Shown: piece after piece, positions 15,001 through 30,000 of the stretch
How the letters are laid out: each line of letters starts with the position of its first letter
How positions within the stretch are numbered: position 1 is the stretch's first letter
Assembly: GCA_032718475.1 (NCBI GenBank)
Contig: JAUCBJ010007806.1
Location: forward strand, 62,001-126,000
Reading direction: 5' to 3'
Length of the DNA stretch: 64,000 bases
DNA from: Nemertoderma westbladi
Lineage: Eukaryota; Animalia; Xenacoelomorpha
Notes under the pieces: generated by a model
The model's database searches: none
What the model saw: only the letters and a program-made list of their open reading frames with translations
Told to the model about the DNA's origin: nothing
Program-made: the position numbers and the translations under genes

Positions 15001-18000
15001 AGTTAGTTATTGCATACGGAATAGCCATACAACTGTGAAAGAGAAAAATAGTTATTGTATACGGAATAGCCATACAACTGTGAAAGAGAAAAATAGTTAT
15101 TGTATACGGAATAGCCATACAACTGTGAAAGAGAAAGTTAGTTATTGCATACGGAATAGCCATACAACTGTGAAAGAGAAAAATAGTTATTGTATACGGA
15201 ATAGCCATACAACTGTGAAAGAGAAAGTTATTTATTGTATACGGAATAGCCATACAACTGTGAAAGTGAAAGTTAGTTATTGTATACGGAATAGACATAC
15301 AACTGTGAAAGAGAAAAATAGTTATTGTATACGGAATAGCCATACAACTGTGAAAGAGAAAGTTATTTATTGTATACGGAATAGCCATACAACTGTGAAA
15401 GTGAAAGTTAGTTATTGTATACGGAATAGACATACAACTGTGAAAGAGAAAAATAGTTATTGCATACGGAATAGCCATACAACTGTGAAAGAGAAAAATA
15501 GTTATTGTATACGGAATAGACATACAACTGTGAAAGAGAAAAATAGTTATTGTATACGGAATAGACATACAACTGTGAAAGAGAAAAATAGTTATTGTAT
15601 ACGGAATAGCCATACAACTGTGAAAGAGAAAAATAGTTATTGTATACGGAATAGCCATACAACTGTGAAAGAGAAAAATAGTTATTGTATACGGAATAGC
15701 CATACAACTGTGAAAGTGAAAGTTAGTTATTGTATACGGAATAGACATACAACTGTGAAAGAGAAAAATAGTTATTGTATACGGAATAGACATACAACTG
15801 TGAAAGAGAAAAATAGTTATTGTATACGGAATAGCCATACAACTGTGAAAGAGAAAAATAGTTATTGTATACGGAATAGCCATACAACTGTGAAAGAGAA
15901 AAATAGTTATTGTATACGGAATAGCCATACAACTGTGAAAGAGAAAAATAGTTATTGTATACGGAATAGCCATACAACTGTGAAAGAGAAAGTTAGTTAT
16001 TGCATACGGAATAGCCATACAACTGTGAAAGAGAAAAATAGTTATTGTATACGGAATAGCCATACAACTGTGAAAGAGAAAGTTATTTATTGTATACGGA
16101 ATAGCCATACAACTGTGAAAGTGAAAGTTAGTTATTGCAAACGGAATAGCCATACAACTGTGAAAGAGAAAAATAGTTATTGTATACGGAATAGACATAC
16201 AACTGTGAAAGAGAAAAATAGTTATTGTATACGGAATAGCCATACAACTGTGAAAGAGAAAAATAGTTATTGTATACGGAATAGCCATACAACTGTGAAA
16301 GAGAAAAATAGTTATTGTATACGGAATAGCCATACAACTGTGAAAGAGAAAAATAGTTATTGTATACGGAATAGCCATACAACTGTGAAAGAGAAAGTTA
16401 GTTATTGCATACGGAATAGCCATACAACTGTGAAAGAGAAAAATAGTTATTGTATACGGAATAGCCATACAACTGTGAAAGAGAAAGTTATTTATTGTAT
16501 ACGGAATAGCCATACAACTGTGAAAGTGAAAGTTAGTTATTGTATACGGAATAGACATACAACTGTGAAAGAGAAAAATAGTTATTGTATACGGAATAGC
16601 CATACAACTGTGAAAGAGAAAGTTATTTATTGTATACGGAATAGCCATACAACTGTGAAAGTGAAAGTTAGTTATTGTATACGGAATAGACATACAACTG
16701 TGAAAGAGAAAAATAGTTATTGCATACGGAATAGCCATACAACTGTGAAAGAGAAAAATAGTTATTGTATACGGAATAGACATACAACTGTGAAAGAGAA
16801 AAATAGTTATTGTATACGGAATAGCCATACAACTGTGAAAGAGAAAAATAGTTATTGTATACGGAATAGCCATACAACTGTGAAAGAGAAAAATAGTTAT
16901 TGTATACGGAATAGCCATACAACTGTGAAAGAGAAAAATAGTTATTGTATACGGAATAGCCATACAACTGTGAAAGAGAAAAATAGTTATTGTATACGGA
17001 ATAGACATACAACTGTGAAAGTGAAAGTTAGTTATTGCATACGGAATAGCCATACAACTGTGAAAGAGAAAAATAGTTATTGTATACGGAATAGACATAC
17101 AACTGTGAAAGTGAAAGTTAGTTATTGCATACGGAATAGCCATACAACTGTGAAAGAGAAAAATAGTTATTGTATACGGAATAGACATACAACTGTGAAA
17201 GAGAAAAATAGTTATTGTATACGGAATAGCCATACAACTGTGAAAGAGAAAAATAGTTATTGTATACGGAATAGCCATACAACTGTGAAAGAGAAAAATA
17301 GTTATTGTATACGGAATAGCCATACAACTGTGAAAGAGAAAAATAGTTATTGTATACGGAATAGCCATACAACTGTGAAAGAGAAAAATAGTTATTGTAT
17401 ACGGAATAGACATACAACTGTGAAAGTGAAAGTTAGTTATTGCATACGGAATAGCCATACAACTGTGAAAGAGAAAAATAGTTATTGTATACGGAATAGA
17501 CATACAACTGTGAAAGTGAAAGTTAGTTATTGCATACGGAATAGCCATACAACTGTGAAAGAGAAAAATAGTTATTGTATACGGAATAGACATACAACTG
17601 TGAAAGTGAAAGTTAGTTATTGCATACGGAATAGCCATACAACTGTGAAAGTGAAAGTTAGTTATTGCATACGGAATAGCCATACAACTGTGAAAGTGAA
17701 AGTTAGTTATTGCATACGGAATAGCCATACAACTGTGAAAGAGAAGGTTAGTTATTGCATACGGAATCGCCTTACAACTGTGAAAGTGAAAGTTAGTTAT
17801 TGCATACGGAATAGCCATACAACTGTGAAAGAGAAAAATAGTTATTGTATACGGAATAGCCATACAACTGTGAAAGAGAAGGTTAGTTATTGCATACGGA
17901 ATAGACATACAACTGTGAAAGAGAAAAATAGTTATTGTATACGGAATAGCCATACAACTGTGAAAGAGAAAAATAGTTATTGTATACGGAATAGACATAC

Positions 18001-21000
18001 AACTGTGAAAGAGAAAAATAGTTATTGCATACGGAATAGCCATACAACTGTGAAAGAGAAAGTTATTTATTGTATACGGAATAGCCATACAACTGTGAAA
18101 GAGAAAAATAGTTATTGTATACGGAATAGCCATACAACTGTGAAAGAGAAAAATAGTTATTGTATACGGAATAGACATACAACTGTGAAAGAGAAAAATA
18201 GTTATTGCATACGGAATAGCCATACAACTGTGAAAGAGAAAGTTATTTATTGTATACGGAATAGCCATACAACTGTGAAAGAGAAAAATAGTTATTGTAT
18301 ACGGAATAGACATACAACTGTGAAAGAGAAAAATAGTTATTGTATACGGAATAGACATACAACTGTGAAAGAGAAAAATAGTTATTGCATACGGAATAGA
18401 CATACAACTGTGAAAGAGAAAGTTATTTATTGTATACGGAATAGCCATACAACTGTGAAAGAGAAAAATAGTTATTGTATACGGAATAGCCATACAACTG
18501 TGAAAGAGAAAAATAGTTATTGTATACGGAATAGCCATACAACTGTGAAAGAGAAAAATAGTTATTGCATACGGAATAGCCATACAACTGTGAAAGAGAA
18601 GGTTAGTTATTGCATACGGAATAGCCATACAACTGTGAAAGAGAAAAATAGTTATTGCATACGGAATAGCCATACAACTGTGAAAGAGAAAAATAGTTAT
18701 TGTATACGGAATAGCCATACAACTGTGAAAGAGAAGGTTAGTTATTGCATACGGAATAGCCATACAACTGTGAAAGAGAAAAATAGTTATTGTATACGGA
18801 ATAGCCATACAACTGTGAAAGAGAAGGTTAGTTATTGCATACGGAATAGACATACAACTGTGAAAGAGAAAAATAGTTATTGCATACGGAATAGACATAC
18901 AACTGTGAAAGAGAAAAATAGTTATTGCATACGGAATAGACATACAACTGTGAAAGAGAAAAATAGTTATTGCATACGGAATAGACATACAACTGTGAAA
19001 GAGAAAAATAGTTATTGCATACGGAATAGACATACAACTGTGAAAGTGAAAAATAGTTATTGTATACGGAATAGCCATACAACTGTGAAAGAGAAAAATA
19101 GTTATTGTATACGGAATAGCCATACAACTGTGAAAGAGAAAAATAGTTATTGCATACGGAATAGCCATACAACTGTGAAAGAGAAGGTTAGTTATTGTAT
19201 ACGGAATAGACATACAACTGTGAAAGAGAAAAATAGTTATTGTATACGGAATAGCCATACAACTGTGAAAGAGAAAAATAGTTATTGTATACGGAATAGA
19301 CATACAACTGTGAAAGAGAAAAATAGTTATTGTATACGGAATAGACATACAACTGTGAAAGAGAAGGTTAGTTATTGCATACGGAATAGCCATACAACTG
19401 TGAAAGTGAAAGTTAGTTATTGCATACGGAATAGCCATACAACTGTGAAAGTGAAAGTTAGTTATTGCATACGGAATAGACATACAACTGTGAAAGAGAA
19501 AAATAGTTATTGTATACGGAATAGCCATACAACTGTGAAAGAGAAAAATAGTTATTGTATACGGAATAGACATACAACTGTGAAAGAGAAAAATAGTTAT
19601 TGTATACGGAATAGCCATACAACTGTGAAAGAGAAGGTTAGTTATTGTATACGGAATAGACATACAACTGTGAAAGAGAAAAATAGTTATTGTATACGGA
19701 ATAGCCATACAACTGTGAAAGAGAAAAATAGTTATTGTATACGGAATAGACATACAACTGTGAAAGAGAAAAATAGTTATTGTATACGGAATAGACATAC
19801 AACTGTGAAAGAGAAAAATAGTTATTGTATACGGAATAGCCATACAACTGTGAAAGAGAAAAATAGTTATTGCATACGGAATAGACATACAACTGTGAAA
19901 GTGAAAAATAGTTATTGCATACGGAATAGCCATACAACTGTGAAAGAGAAAGTTAGTTATTGCATACGGAATAGCCATACAACTGTGAAAGAGAAAAATA
20001 GTTATTGTATACGGAATAGACATACAACTGTGAAAGAGAAAAATAGTTATTGCATACGGAATAGACATACAACTGTGAAAGTGAAAAATAGTTATTGCAT
20101 ACGGAATAGCCATACAACTGTGAAAGAGAAAGTTAGTTATTGCATACGGAATAGCCATACAACTGTGAAAGTGAAAGTTAGTTATTGCATACGGAATAGC
20201 CATACAACTGTGAAAGAGAAAAATAGTTATTGTATACGGAATAGCCATACATACAACTGTGAAAGAGAAAGTTATTTATTGTATACGGAATAGCCATACA
20301 ACTGTGAAAGAGAAAAATAGTTATTGTATACGGAATAGCCATACAACTGTGAAAGAGAAAAATAGTTATTGTATACGGAATAGCCATACAACTGTGAAAG
20401 AGAAAGTTAGTTATTGCATACGGAATAGCCATACAACTGTGAAAGTGAAAGTTAGTTATTGCATACGGAATAGCCATACAACTGTGAAAGAGAAAAATAG
20501 TTATTGTATACGGAATAGACATACAACTGTGAAAGTGAAAAATAGTTATTGTATACGGAATAGCCATACATACAACTGTGAAAGAGAAAGTTATTTATTG
20601 TATACGGAATAGCCATACAACTGTGAAAGAGAAAAATAGTTATTGTATACGGAATAGCCATACAACTGTGAAAGAGAAAAATAGTTATTGTATACGGAAT
20701 AGCCATACAACTGTGAAAGAGAAAAATAGTTATTGCATACGGAATAGCCATACAACTGTGAAAGAGAAGGTTAGTTATTGCATACGGAATAGCCATACAA
20801 CTGTGAAAGAGAAAAATAGTTATTGCATACGGAATAGCCATACAACTGTGAAAGAGAAGGTTAGTTATTGCATACGGAATAGCCATACAACTGTGAAAGA
20901 GAAAAATAGTTATTGTATACGGAATAGCCATACAACTGTGAAAGAGAAGGTTAGTTATTGCATACGGAATAGACATACAACTGTGAAAGAGAAAAATAGT

Positions 21001-24000
21001 TATTGTATACGGAATAGCCATACAACTGTGAAAGAGAAAAATAGTTATTGTATACGGAATAGACATACAACTGTGAAAGAGAAAAATAGTTATTGTATAC
21101 GGAATAGACATACAACTGTGAAAGAGAAAAATAGTTATTGCATACGGAATAGACATACAACTGTGAAAGTGAAAAATAGTTATTGTATACGGAATAGCCA
21201 TACAACTGTGAAAGAGAAAAATAGTTATTGTATACGGAATAGCCATACAACTGTGAAAGAGAAAAATAGTTATTGCATACGGAATAGCCATACAACTGTG
21301 AAAGAGAAGGTTAGTTATTGCATACGGAATAGCCATACAACTGTGAAAGAGAAAAATAGTTATTGCATACGGAATAGCCATACAACTGTGAAAGAGAAGG
21401 TTAGTTATTGCATACGGAATAGCCATACAACTGTGAAAGAGAAAAATAGTTATTGTATACGGAATAGCCATACAACTGTGAAAGAGAAGGTTAGTTATTG
21501 TATACGGAATAGACATACAACTGTGAAAGAGAAAAATAGTTATTGTATACGGAATAGCCATACAACTGTGAAAGAGAAAAATAGTTATTGTATACGGAAT
21601 AGACATACAACTGTGAAAGAGAAAAATAGTTATTGTATACGGAATAGACATACAACTGTGAAAGAGAAGGTTAGTTATTGTATACGGAATAGACATACAA
21701 CTGTGAAAGAGAAAAATAGTTATTGTATACGGAATAGCCATACAACTGTGAAAGAGAAAAATAGTTATTGTATACGGAATAGACATACAACTGTGAAAGA
21801 GAAAAATAGTTATTGTATACGGAATAGACATACAACTGTGAAAGAGAAGGTTAGTTATTGTATACGGAATAGACATACAACTGTGAAAGAGAAAAATAGT
21901 TATTGCATACGGAATAGACATACAACTGTGAAAGAGAAAAATAGTTATTGTATACGGAATAGCCATACAACTGTGAAAGAGAAAAATAGTTATTGTATAC
22001 GGAATAGACATACAACTGTGAAAGAGAAAAATAGTTATTGTATACGGAATAGACATACAACTGTGAAAGAGAAAAATAGTTATTGTATACGGAATAGACA
22101 TACAACTGTGAAAGAGAAAAATAGTTATTGTATACGGAATAGCCATACAACTGTGAAAGAGAAGGTTAGTTATTGCATACGGAATAGACATACAACTGTG
22201 AAAGAGAAGGTTAGTTATTGCATACGGAATAGACATACAACTGTGAAAGAGAAAAATAGTTATTGCATACGGAATAGACATACAACTGTGAAAGAGAAAA
22301 ATAGTTATTGTATACGGAATAGACATACAACTGTGAAAGAGAAAAATAGTTATTGTATACGGAATAGCCATACAACTGTGAAAGAGAAGGTTAGTTATTG
22401 CATACGGAATAGACATACAACTGTGAAAGAGAAAAATAGTTATTGTATACGGAATAGCCATACAACTGTGAAAGAGAAAAATAGTTATTGTATACGGAAT
22501 AGACATACAACTGTGAAAGAGAAAAATAGTTATTGCATACGGAATAGCCATACAACTGTGAAAGAGAAAAATAGTTATTGTATACGGAATAGCCATACAA
22601 CTGTGAAAGAGAAAAATAGTTATTGTATACGGAATAGCCATACAACTGTGAAAGAGAAGGTTAGTTATTGTATACGGAATAGACATACAACTGTGAAAGA
22701 GAAAAATAGTTATTGTATACGGAATAGCCATACAACTGTGAAAGAGAAGGTTAGTTATTGCATACGGAATAGCCATACAACTGTGAAAGTGAAAGTTAGT
22801 TATTGTATACGGAATAGACATACAACTGTGAAAGAGAAAAATAGTTATTGTATACGGAATAGCCATACAACTGTGAAAGAGAAAAATAGTTATTGTATAC
22901 GGAATAGCCATACAACTGTGAAAGAGAAAAATAGTTATTGCATACGGAATAGCCATACAACTGTGAAAGAGAAGGTTAGTTATTGCATACGGAATAGACA
23001 TACAACTGTGAAAGAGAAAAATAGTTATTGCATACGGAATAGACATACAACTGTGAAAGAGAAAAATAGTTATTGCATACGGAATAGCCATACAACCTTG
23101 AAAGTGAAAGTTAGTTATTGCATACGGAATAGCCATACAACCTTGAAAGTGAAAGTTAGTTATTGCATACGGAATAGCCATACAACTGTGAAAGAGAAAA
23201 ATAGTTATTGTATACGGAATAGCCATACAACTGTGAAAGAGAAAAATAGTTATTGCATACGGAATAGCCATACAACTGTGAAAGAGAAGGTTAGTTATTG
23301 CATACGGAATAGACATACAACTGTGAAAGAGAAAAATAGTTATTGCATACGGAATAGACATACAACTGTGAAAGAGAAAAATAGTTATTGTATACGGAAT
23401 AGACATACAACTGTGAAAGAGAAAAATAGTTATTGTATACGGAATAGACATACAACTGTGAAAGAGAAAAATAGTTATTGTATACGGAATAGCCATACAA
23501 CTGTGAAAGAGAAGGTTAGTTATTGCATACGGAATAGACATACAACTGTGAAAGAGAAAAATAGTTATTGCATACGGAATAGACATACAACTGTGAAAGT
23601 GAAAAATAGTTATTGTATACGGAATAGACATACAACTGTGAAAGAGAAAAATAGTTATTGTATACGGAATAGCCATACAACTGTGAAAGAGAAAGTTAGT
23701 TATTGCATACGGAATCGCCTTACAACTGTGAAAGTGAAAGTTAGTTATTGCATACGGAATAGCCATACAACTGTGAAAGTGAAAGTTAGTTATTGCATAC
23801 GGAATAGCCATACAACTGTGAAAGAGAAGGTTAGTTATTGCATACGGAATAGCCATACAACTGTGAAAGAGAAGGTTAGTTATTGCATACGGAATAGACA
23901 TACAACTGTGAAAGAGAAGGTTAGTTATTGCATACGGAATAGACATACAACTGTGAAAGAGAAAAATAGTTATTGCATACGGAATAGACATACAACTGTG

Positions 24001-27000
24001 AAAGTGAAAAATAGTTATTGCATACGGAATAGACATACAACTGTGAAAGTGAAAAATAGTTATTGTATACGGAATAGCCATACAACTGTGAAAGAGAAGG
24101 TTAGTTATTGCATAGGGAATAGCCATACAACTGTGAAAGAGAAAAATAGTTATTGTATACGGAATAGCCATACAACTGTGAAAGAGAAAAATAGTTATTG
24201 CATACGGAATAGACATACAACTGTGAAAGAGAAGGTTAGTTATTGCATACGGAATAGACATACAACTGTGAAAGTGAAAAATAGTTATTGTATACGGAAT
24301 AGCCATACAACTGTGAAAGAGAAAAATAGTTATTGCATACGGAATAGACATACAACTGTGAAAGAGAAGGTTAGTTATTGCATACGGAATAGACATACAA
24401 CTGTGAAAGTGAAAAATAGTTATTGTATACGGAATAGCCATACAACTGTGAAAGAGAAAAATAGTTATTGCATACGGAATAGACATACAACTGTGAAAGA
24501 GAAAAATAGTTATTGTATACGGAATAGCCATACAACTGTGAAAGAGAAAAATAGTTATTGCATACGGAATAGACATACAACTGTGAAAGAGAAAAATAGT
24601 TATTGCATACGGAATAGCCATACAACTGTGAAAGTGAAAGTTAGTTATTGCATACGGAATAGCCATACAACTGTGAAAGAGAAGGTTAGTTATTGCATAC
24701 GGAATAGCCATACAACTGTGAAAGAGAAGGTTAGTTATTGCATACGGAATAGACATACAACTGTGAAAGAGAAGGTTAGTTATTGCATACGGAATAGACA
24801 TACAACTGTGAAAGAGAAAAATAGTTATTGCATACGGAATAGACATACAACTGTGAAAGTGAAAAATAGTTATTGCATACGGAATAGACATACAACTGTG
24901 AAAGTGAAAAATAGTTATTGTATACGGAATAGCCATACAACTGTGAAAGAGAAGGTTAGTTATTGCATAGGGAATAGCCATACAACTGTGAAAGAGAAAA
25001 ATAGTTATTGTATACGGAATAGCCATACAACTGTGAAAGAGAAAAATAGTTATTGCATACGGAATAGACATACAACTGTGAAAGAGAAGGTTAGTTATTG
25101 CATACGGAATAGACATACAACTGTGAAAGTGAAAAATAGTTATTGTATACGGAATAGCCATACAACTGTGAAAGAGAAAAATAGTTATTGCATACGGAAT
25201 AGACATACAACTGTGAAAGAGAAGGTTAGTTATTGCATACGGAATAGACATACAACTGTGAAAGTGAAAAATAGTTATTGTATACGGAATAGCCATACAA
25301 CTGTGAAAGAGAAAAATAGTTATTGCATACGGAATAGCCATACAACTGTGAAAGAGAAAAATAGTTATTGTATACGGAATAGCCATACAACTGTGAAAGA
25401 GAAAAATAGTTATTGCATACGGAATAGACATACAACTGTGAAAGAGAAAAATAGTTATTGCATACGGAATAGCCATACAACTGTGAAAGTTAGTTATTGC
25501 ATACGGAATAGCCATACAACTGTGAAAGAGAAGGTTAGTTATTGCATACGGAATAGCCATACAACTGTGAAAGAGAAGGTTAGTTATTGCATACGGAATA
25601 GACATACAACTGTGAAAGAGAAGGTTAGTTATTGCATACGGAATAGACATACAACTGTGAAAGAGAAAAATAGTTATTGCATACGGAATAGACATACAAC
25701 TGTGAAAGTGAAAAATAGTTATTGCATACGGAATAGACATACAACTGTGAAAGTGAAAAATAGTTATTGTATACGGAATAGCCATACAACTGTGAAAGAG
25801 AAGGTTAGTTATTGCATAGGGAATAGCCATACAACTGTGAAAGAGAAAAATAGTTATTGTATACGGAATAGCCATACAACTGTGAAAGAGAAAAATAGTT
25901 ATTGCATACGGAATAGACATACAACTGTGAAAGAGAAGGTTAGTTATTGCATACGGAATAGACATACAACTGTGAAAGTGAAAAATAGTTATTGTATACG
26001 GAATAGCCATACAACTGTGAAAGAGAAAAATAGTTATTGCATACGGAATAGACATACAACTGTGAAAGAGAAGGTTAGTTATTGCATACGGAATAGACAT
26101 ACAACTGTGAAAGTGAAAAATAGTTATTGTATACGGAATAGCCATACAACTGTGAAAGAGAAAAATAGTTATTGCATACGGAATAGACATACAACTGTGA
26201 AAGAGAAAAATAGTTATTGTATACGGAATAGCCATACAACTGTGAAAGAGAAAAATAGTTATTGCATACGGAATAGACATACAACTGTGAAAGAGAAGGT
26301 TAGTTATTGCATACGGAATAGACATACAACTGTGAAAGTGAAAAATAGTTATTGTATACGGAATAGCCATACAACTGTGAAAGAGAAAAATAGTTATTGT
26401 ATACGGAATAGCCATACAACTGTGAAAGTGAAAGTTAGTTATTGTATACGGAATAGACATACAACTGTGAAAGAGAAAAATAGTTATTGCATACGGAATA
26501 GACATACAACTGTGAAAGAGAAAAATAGTTATTGTATACGGAATAGCCATACAACTGTGAAAGAGAAAAATAGTTATTGTATACGGAATAGCCATACAAC
26601 TGTGAAAGTGAAAGTTAGTTATTGCATACGGAATAGACATACAACTGTGAAAGAGAAAAATAGTTATTGCATACGGAATAGACATACAACTGTGAAAGAG
26701 AAAAATAGTTATTGTATACGGAATAGCCATACAACTGTGAAAGAGAAAAATAGTTATTGTATACGGAATAGCCATACAACTGTGAAAGAGAAAAATAGTT
26801 ATTGTATACGGAATAGACATACAACTGTGAAAGAGAAAAATAGTTATTGCATACGGAATAGACATACAACTGTGAAAGAGAAAAATAGTTATTGTATACG
26901 GAATAGCCATACAACTGTGAAAGAGAAAAATAGTTATTGTATACGGAATAGCCATACAACTGTGAAAGTGAAAGTTAGTTATTGCATACGGAATAGACAT

Positions 27001-30000
27001 ACAACTGTGAAAGAGAAAAATAGTTATTGCATACGGAATAGACATACAACTGTGAAAGAGAAAAATAGTTATTGTATACGGAATAGCCATACAACTGTGA
27101 AAGAGAAAAATAGTTATTGTATACGGAATAGCCATACAACTGTGAAAGAGAAAAATAGTTATTGTATACGGAATAGACATACAACTGTGAAAGAGAAAAA
27201 TAGTTATTGCATACGGAATAGACATACAACTGTGAAAGAGAAAAATAGTTATTGTATACGGAATAGCCATACAACTGTGAAAGAGAAAAATAGTTATTGT
27301 ATACGGAATAGCCATACAACTGTGAAAGTGAAAGTTAGTTATTGCATACGGAATAGACATACAACTGTGAAAGAGAAAAATAGTTATTGCATACGGAATA
27401 GACATACAACTGTGAAAGAGAAGGTTAGTTATTGCATACGGAATAGACATACAACTGTGAAAGAGAAAAATAGTTATTGCATACGGAATAGACATACAAC
27501 TGTGAAAGAGAAAAATAGTTATTGCATACGGAATAGACATACAACTGTGAAAGAGAAAAATAGTTATTGTATACGGAATAGACATACAACTGTGAAAGAG
27601 AAGGTTAGTTATTGCATACGGAATAGACATACAACTGTGAAAGAGAAAGTTAGTTATTGCATACGGAATAGACATACAACTGTGAAAGAGAAAAATAGTT
27701 ATTGTATACGGAATAGACATACAACTGTGAAAGTGAAAGTTAGTTATTGCATACGGAATAGTCATACAACTGTGAAAGAGAAGGTTAGTTATTGCATACG
27801 GAATAGACATACAACTGTGAAAGAGAAAAATAGTTATTGCATACGGAATAGACATACAACTGTGAAAGAGAAAAATAGTTATTGCATACGGAATAGACAT
27901 ACAACTGTGAAAGAGAAAAATAGTTATTGTATACGGAATAGCCATACAACTGTGAAAGTGAAAGTTAGTTATTGCATACGGAATAGCCATACAACTGTGA
28001 AAGTGAAAGTTAGTTATTGCATACGGAATAGACATACAACTGTGAAAGAGAAAAATAGTTATTGCATACGGAATAGACATACAACTGTGAAAGAGAAGGT
28101 TAGTTATTGCATACGGAATAGACATACAACTGTGAAAGAGAAAAATAGTTATTGCATACGGAATAGACATACAACTGTGAAAGAGAAAAATAGTTATTGC
28201 ATACGGAATAGACATACAACTGTGAAAGAGAAAAATAGTTATTGTATACGGAATAGACATACAACTGTGAAAGAGAAGGTTAGTTATTGCATACGGAATA
28301 GACATACAACTGTGAAAGAGAAAAATAGTTATTGCATACGGAATAGACATACAACTGTGAAAGAGAAAAATAGTTATTGTATACGGAATAGACATACAAC
28401 TGTGAAAGTGAAAGTTAGTTATTGTATACGGAATAGCCATACAACTGTGAAAGTGAAAGTTAGTTATTGCATACGGAATAGACATACAACTGTGAAAGAG
28501 AAAAATAGTTATTGCATACGGAATAGACATACAACTGTGAAAGTGAAAGTTAGTTATTGCATACGGAATAGACATACAACTGTGAAAGAGAAAAATAGTT
28601 ATTGTATACGGAATAGCCATACAACTGTGAAAGTGAAAGTTAGTTATTGCATACGGAATAGACATACAACTGTGAAAGAGAAAAATAGTTATTGTATACG
28701 GAATAGCCATACAACTGTGAAAGTGAAAGTTAGTTATTGCATACGGAATAGACATACAACTGTGAAAGAGAAAAATAGTTATTGCATACGGAATAGACAT
28801 ACAACTGTGAAAGTGAAAGTTAGTTATTGCATACGGAATAGACATACAACTGTGAAAGAGAAAAATAGTTATTGCATACGGAATAGCCATACAACTGTGA
28901 AAGAGAAAAATAGTTATTGTATACGGAATAGACATACAACTGTGAAAGAGAAAAATAGTTATTGCATACGGAATAGACATACAACTGTGAAAGAGAAAAA
29001 TAGTTATTGTATACGGAATAGACATACAACTGTGAAAGAGAAAAATAGTTATTGCATACGGAATAGACATACAACTGTGAAAGAGAAAAATAGTTATTGC
29101 ATACGGAATAGACATACAACTGTGAAAGAGAAAAATAGTTATTGTATACGGAATAGACATACAACTGTGAAAGAGAAAAATAGTTATTGCATACGGAATA
29201 GACATACAACTGTGAAAGAGAAAAATAGTTATTGTATACGGAATAGCCATACAACTGTGAAAGAGAAGAATAGTTATTGCATACGGAATAGACATACAAC
29301 TGTGAAAGAGAAAAATAGTTATTGTATACGGAATAGACATACAACTGTGAAAGTGAAAGTTAGTTATTGCATACGGAATAGACATACAACTGTGAAAGAG
29401 AAAAATAGTTATTGCATACGGAATAGACATACAACTGTGAAAGAGAAAAATAGTTATTGTATACGGAATAGCCATACAACTGTGAAAGTGAAAGTTAGTT
29501 ATTGCATACGGAATAGACATACAACTGTGAAAGAGAAAAATAGTTATTGTATACGGAATAGCCATACAACTGTGAAAGTGAAAGTTAGTTATTGCATACG
29601 GAATAGACATACAACTGTGAAAGAGAAAAATAGTTATTGCATACGGAATAGACATACAACTGTGAAAGTGAAAGTTAGTTATTGCATACGGAATAGACAT
29701 ACAACTGTGAAAGAGAAAAATAGTTATTGCATACGGAATAGACATACAACTGTGAAAGAGAAAAATAGTTATTGCATACGGAATAGACATACAACTGTGA
29801 AAGAGAAAAATAGTTATTGCATACGGAATAGACATACAACTGTGAAAGAGAAAAATAGTTATTGTATACGGAATAGACATACAACTGTGAAAGAGAAAAA
29901 TAGTTATTGTATACGGAATAGCCATACAACTGTGAAAGAGAAGAATAGTTATTGCATACGGAATAGACATACAACTGTGAAAGAGAAAGTTAGTTATTGC

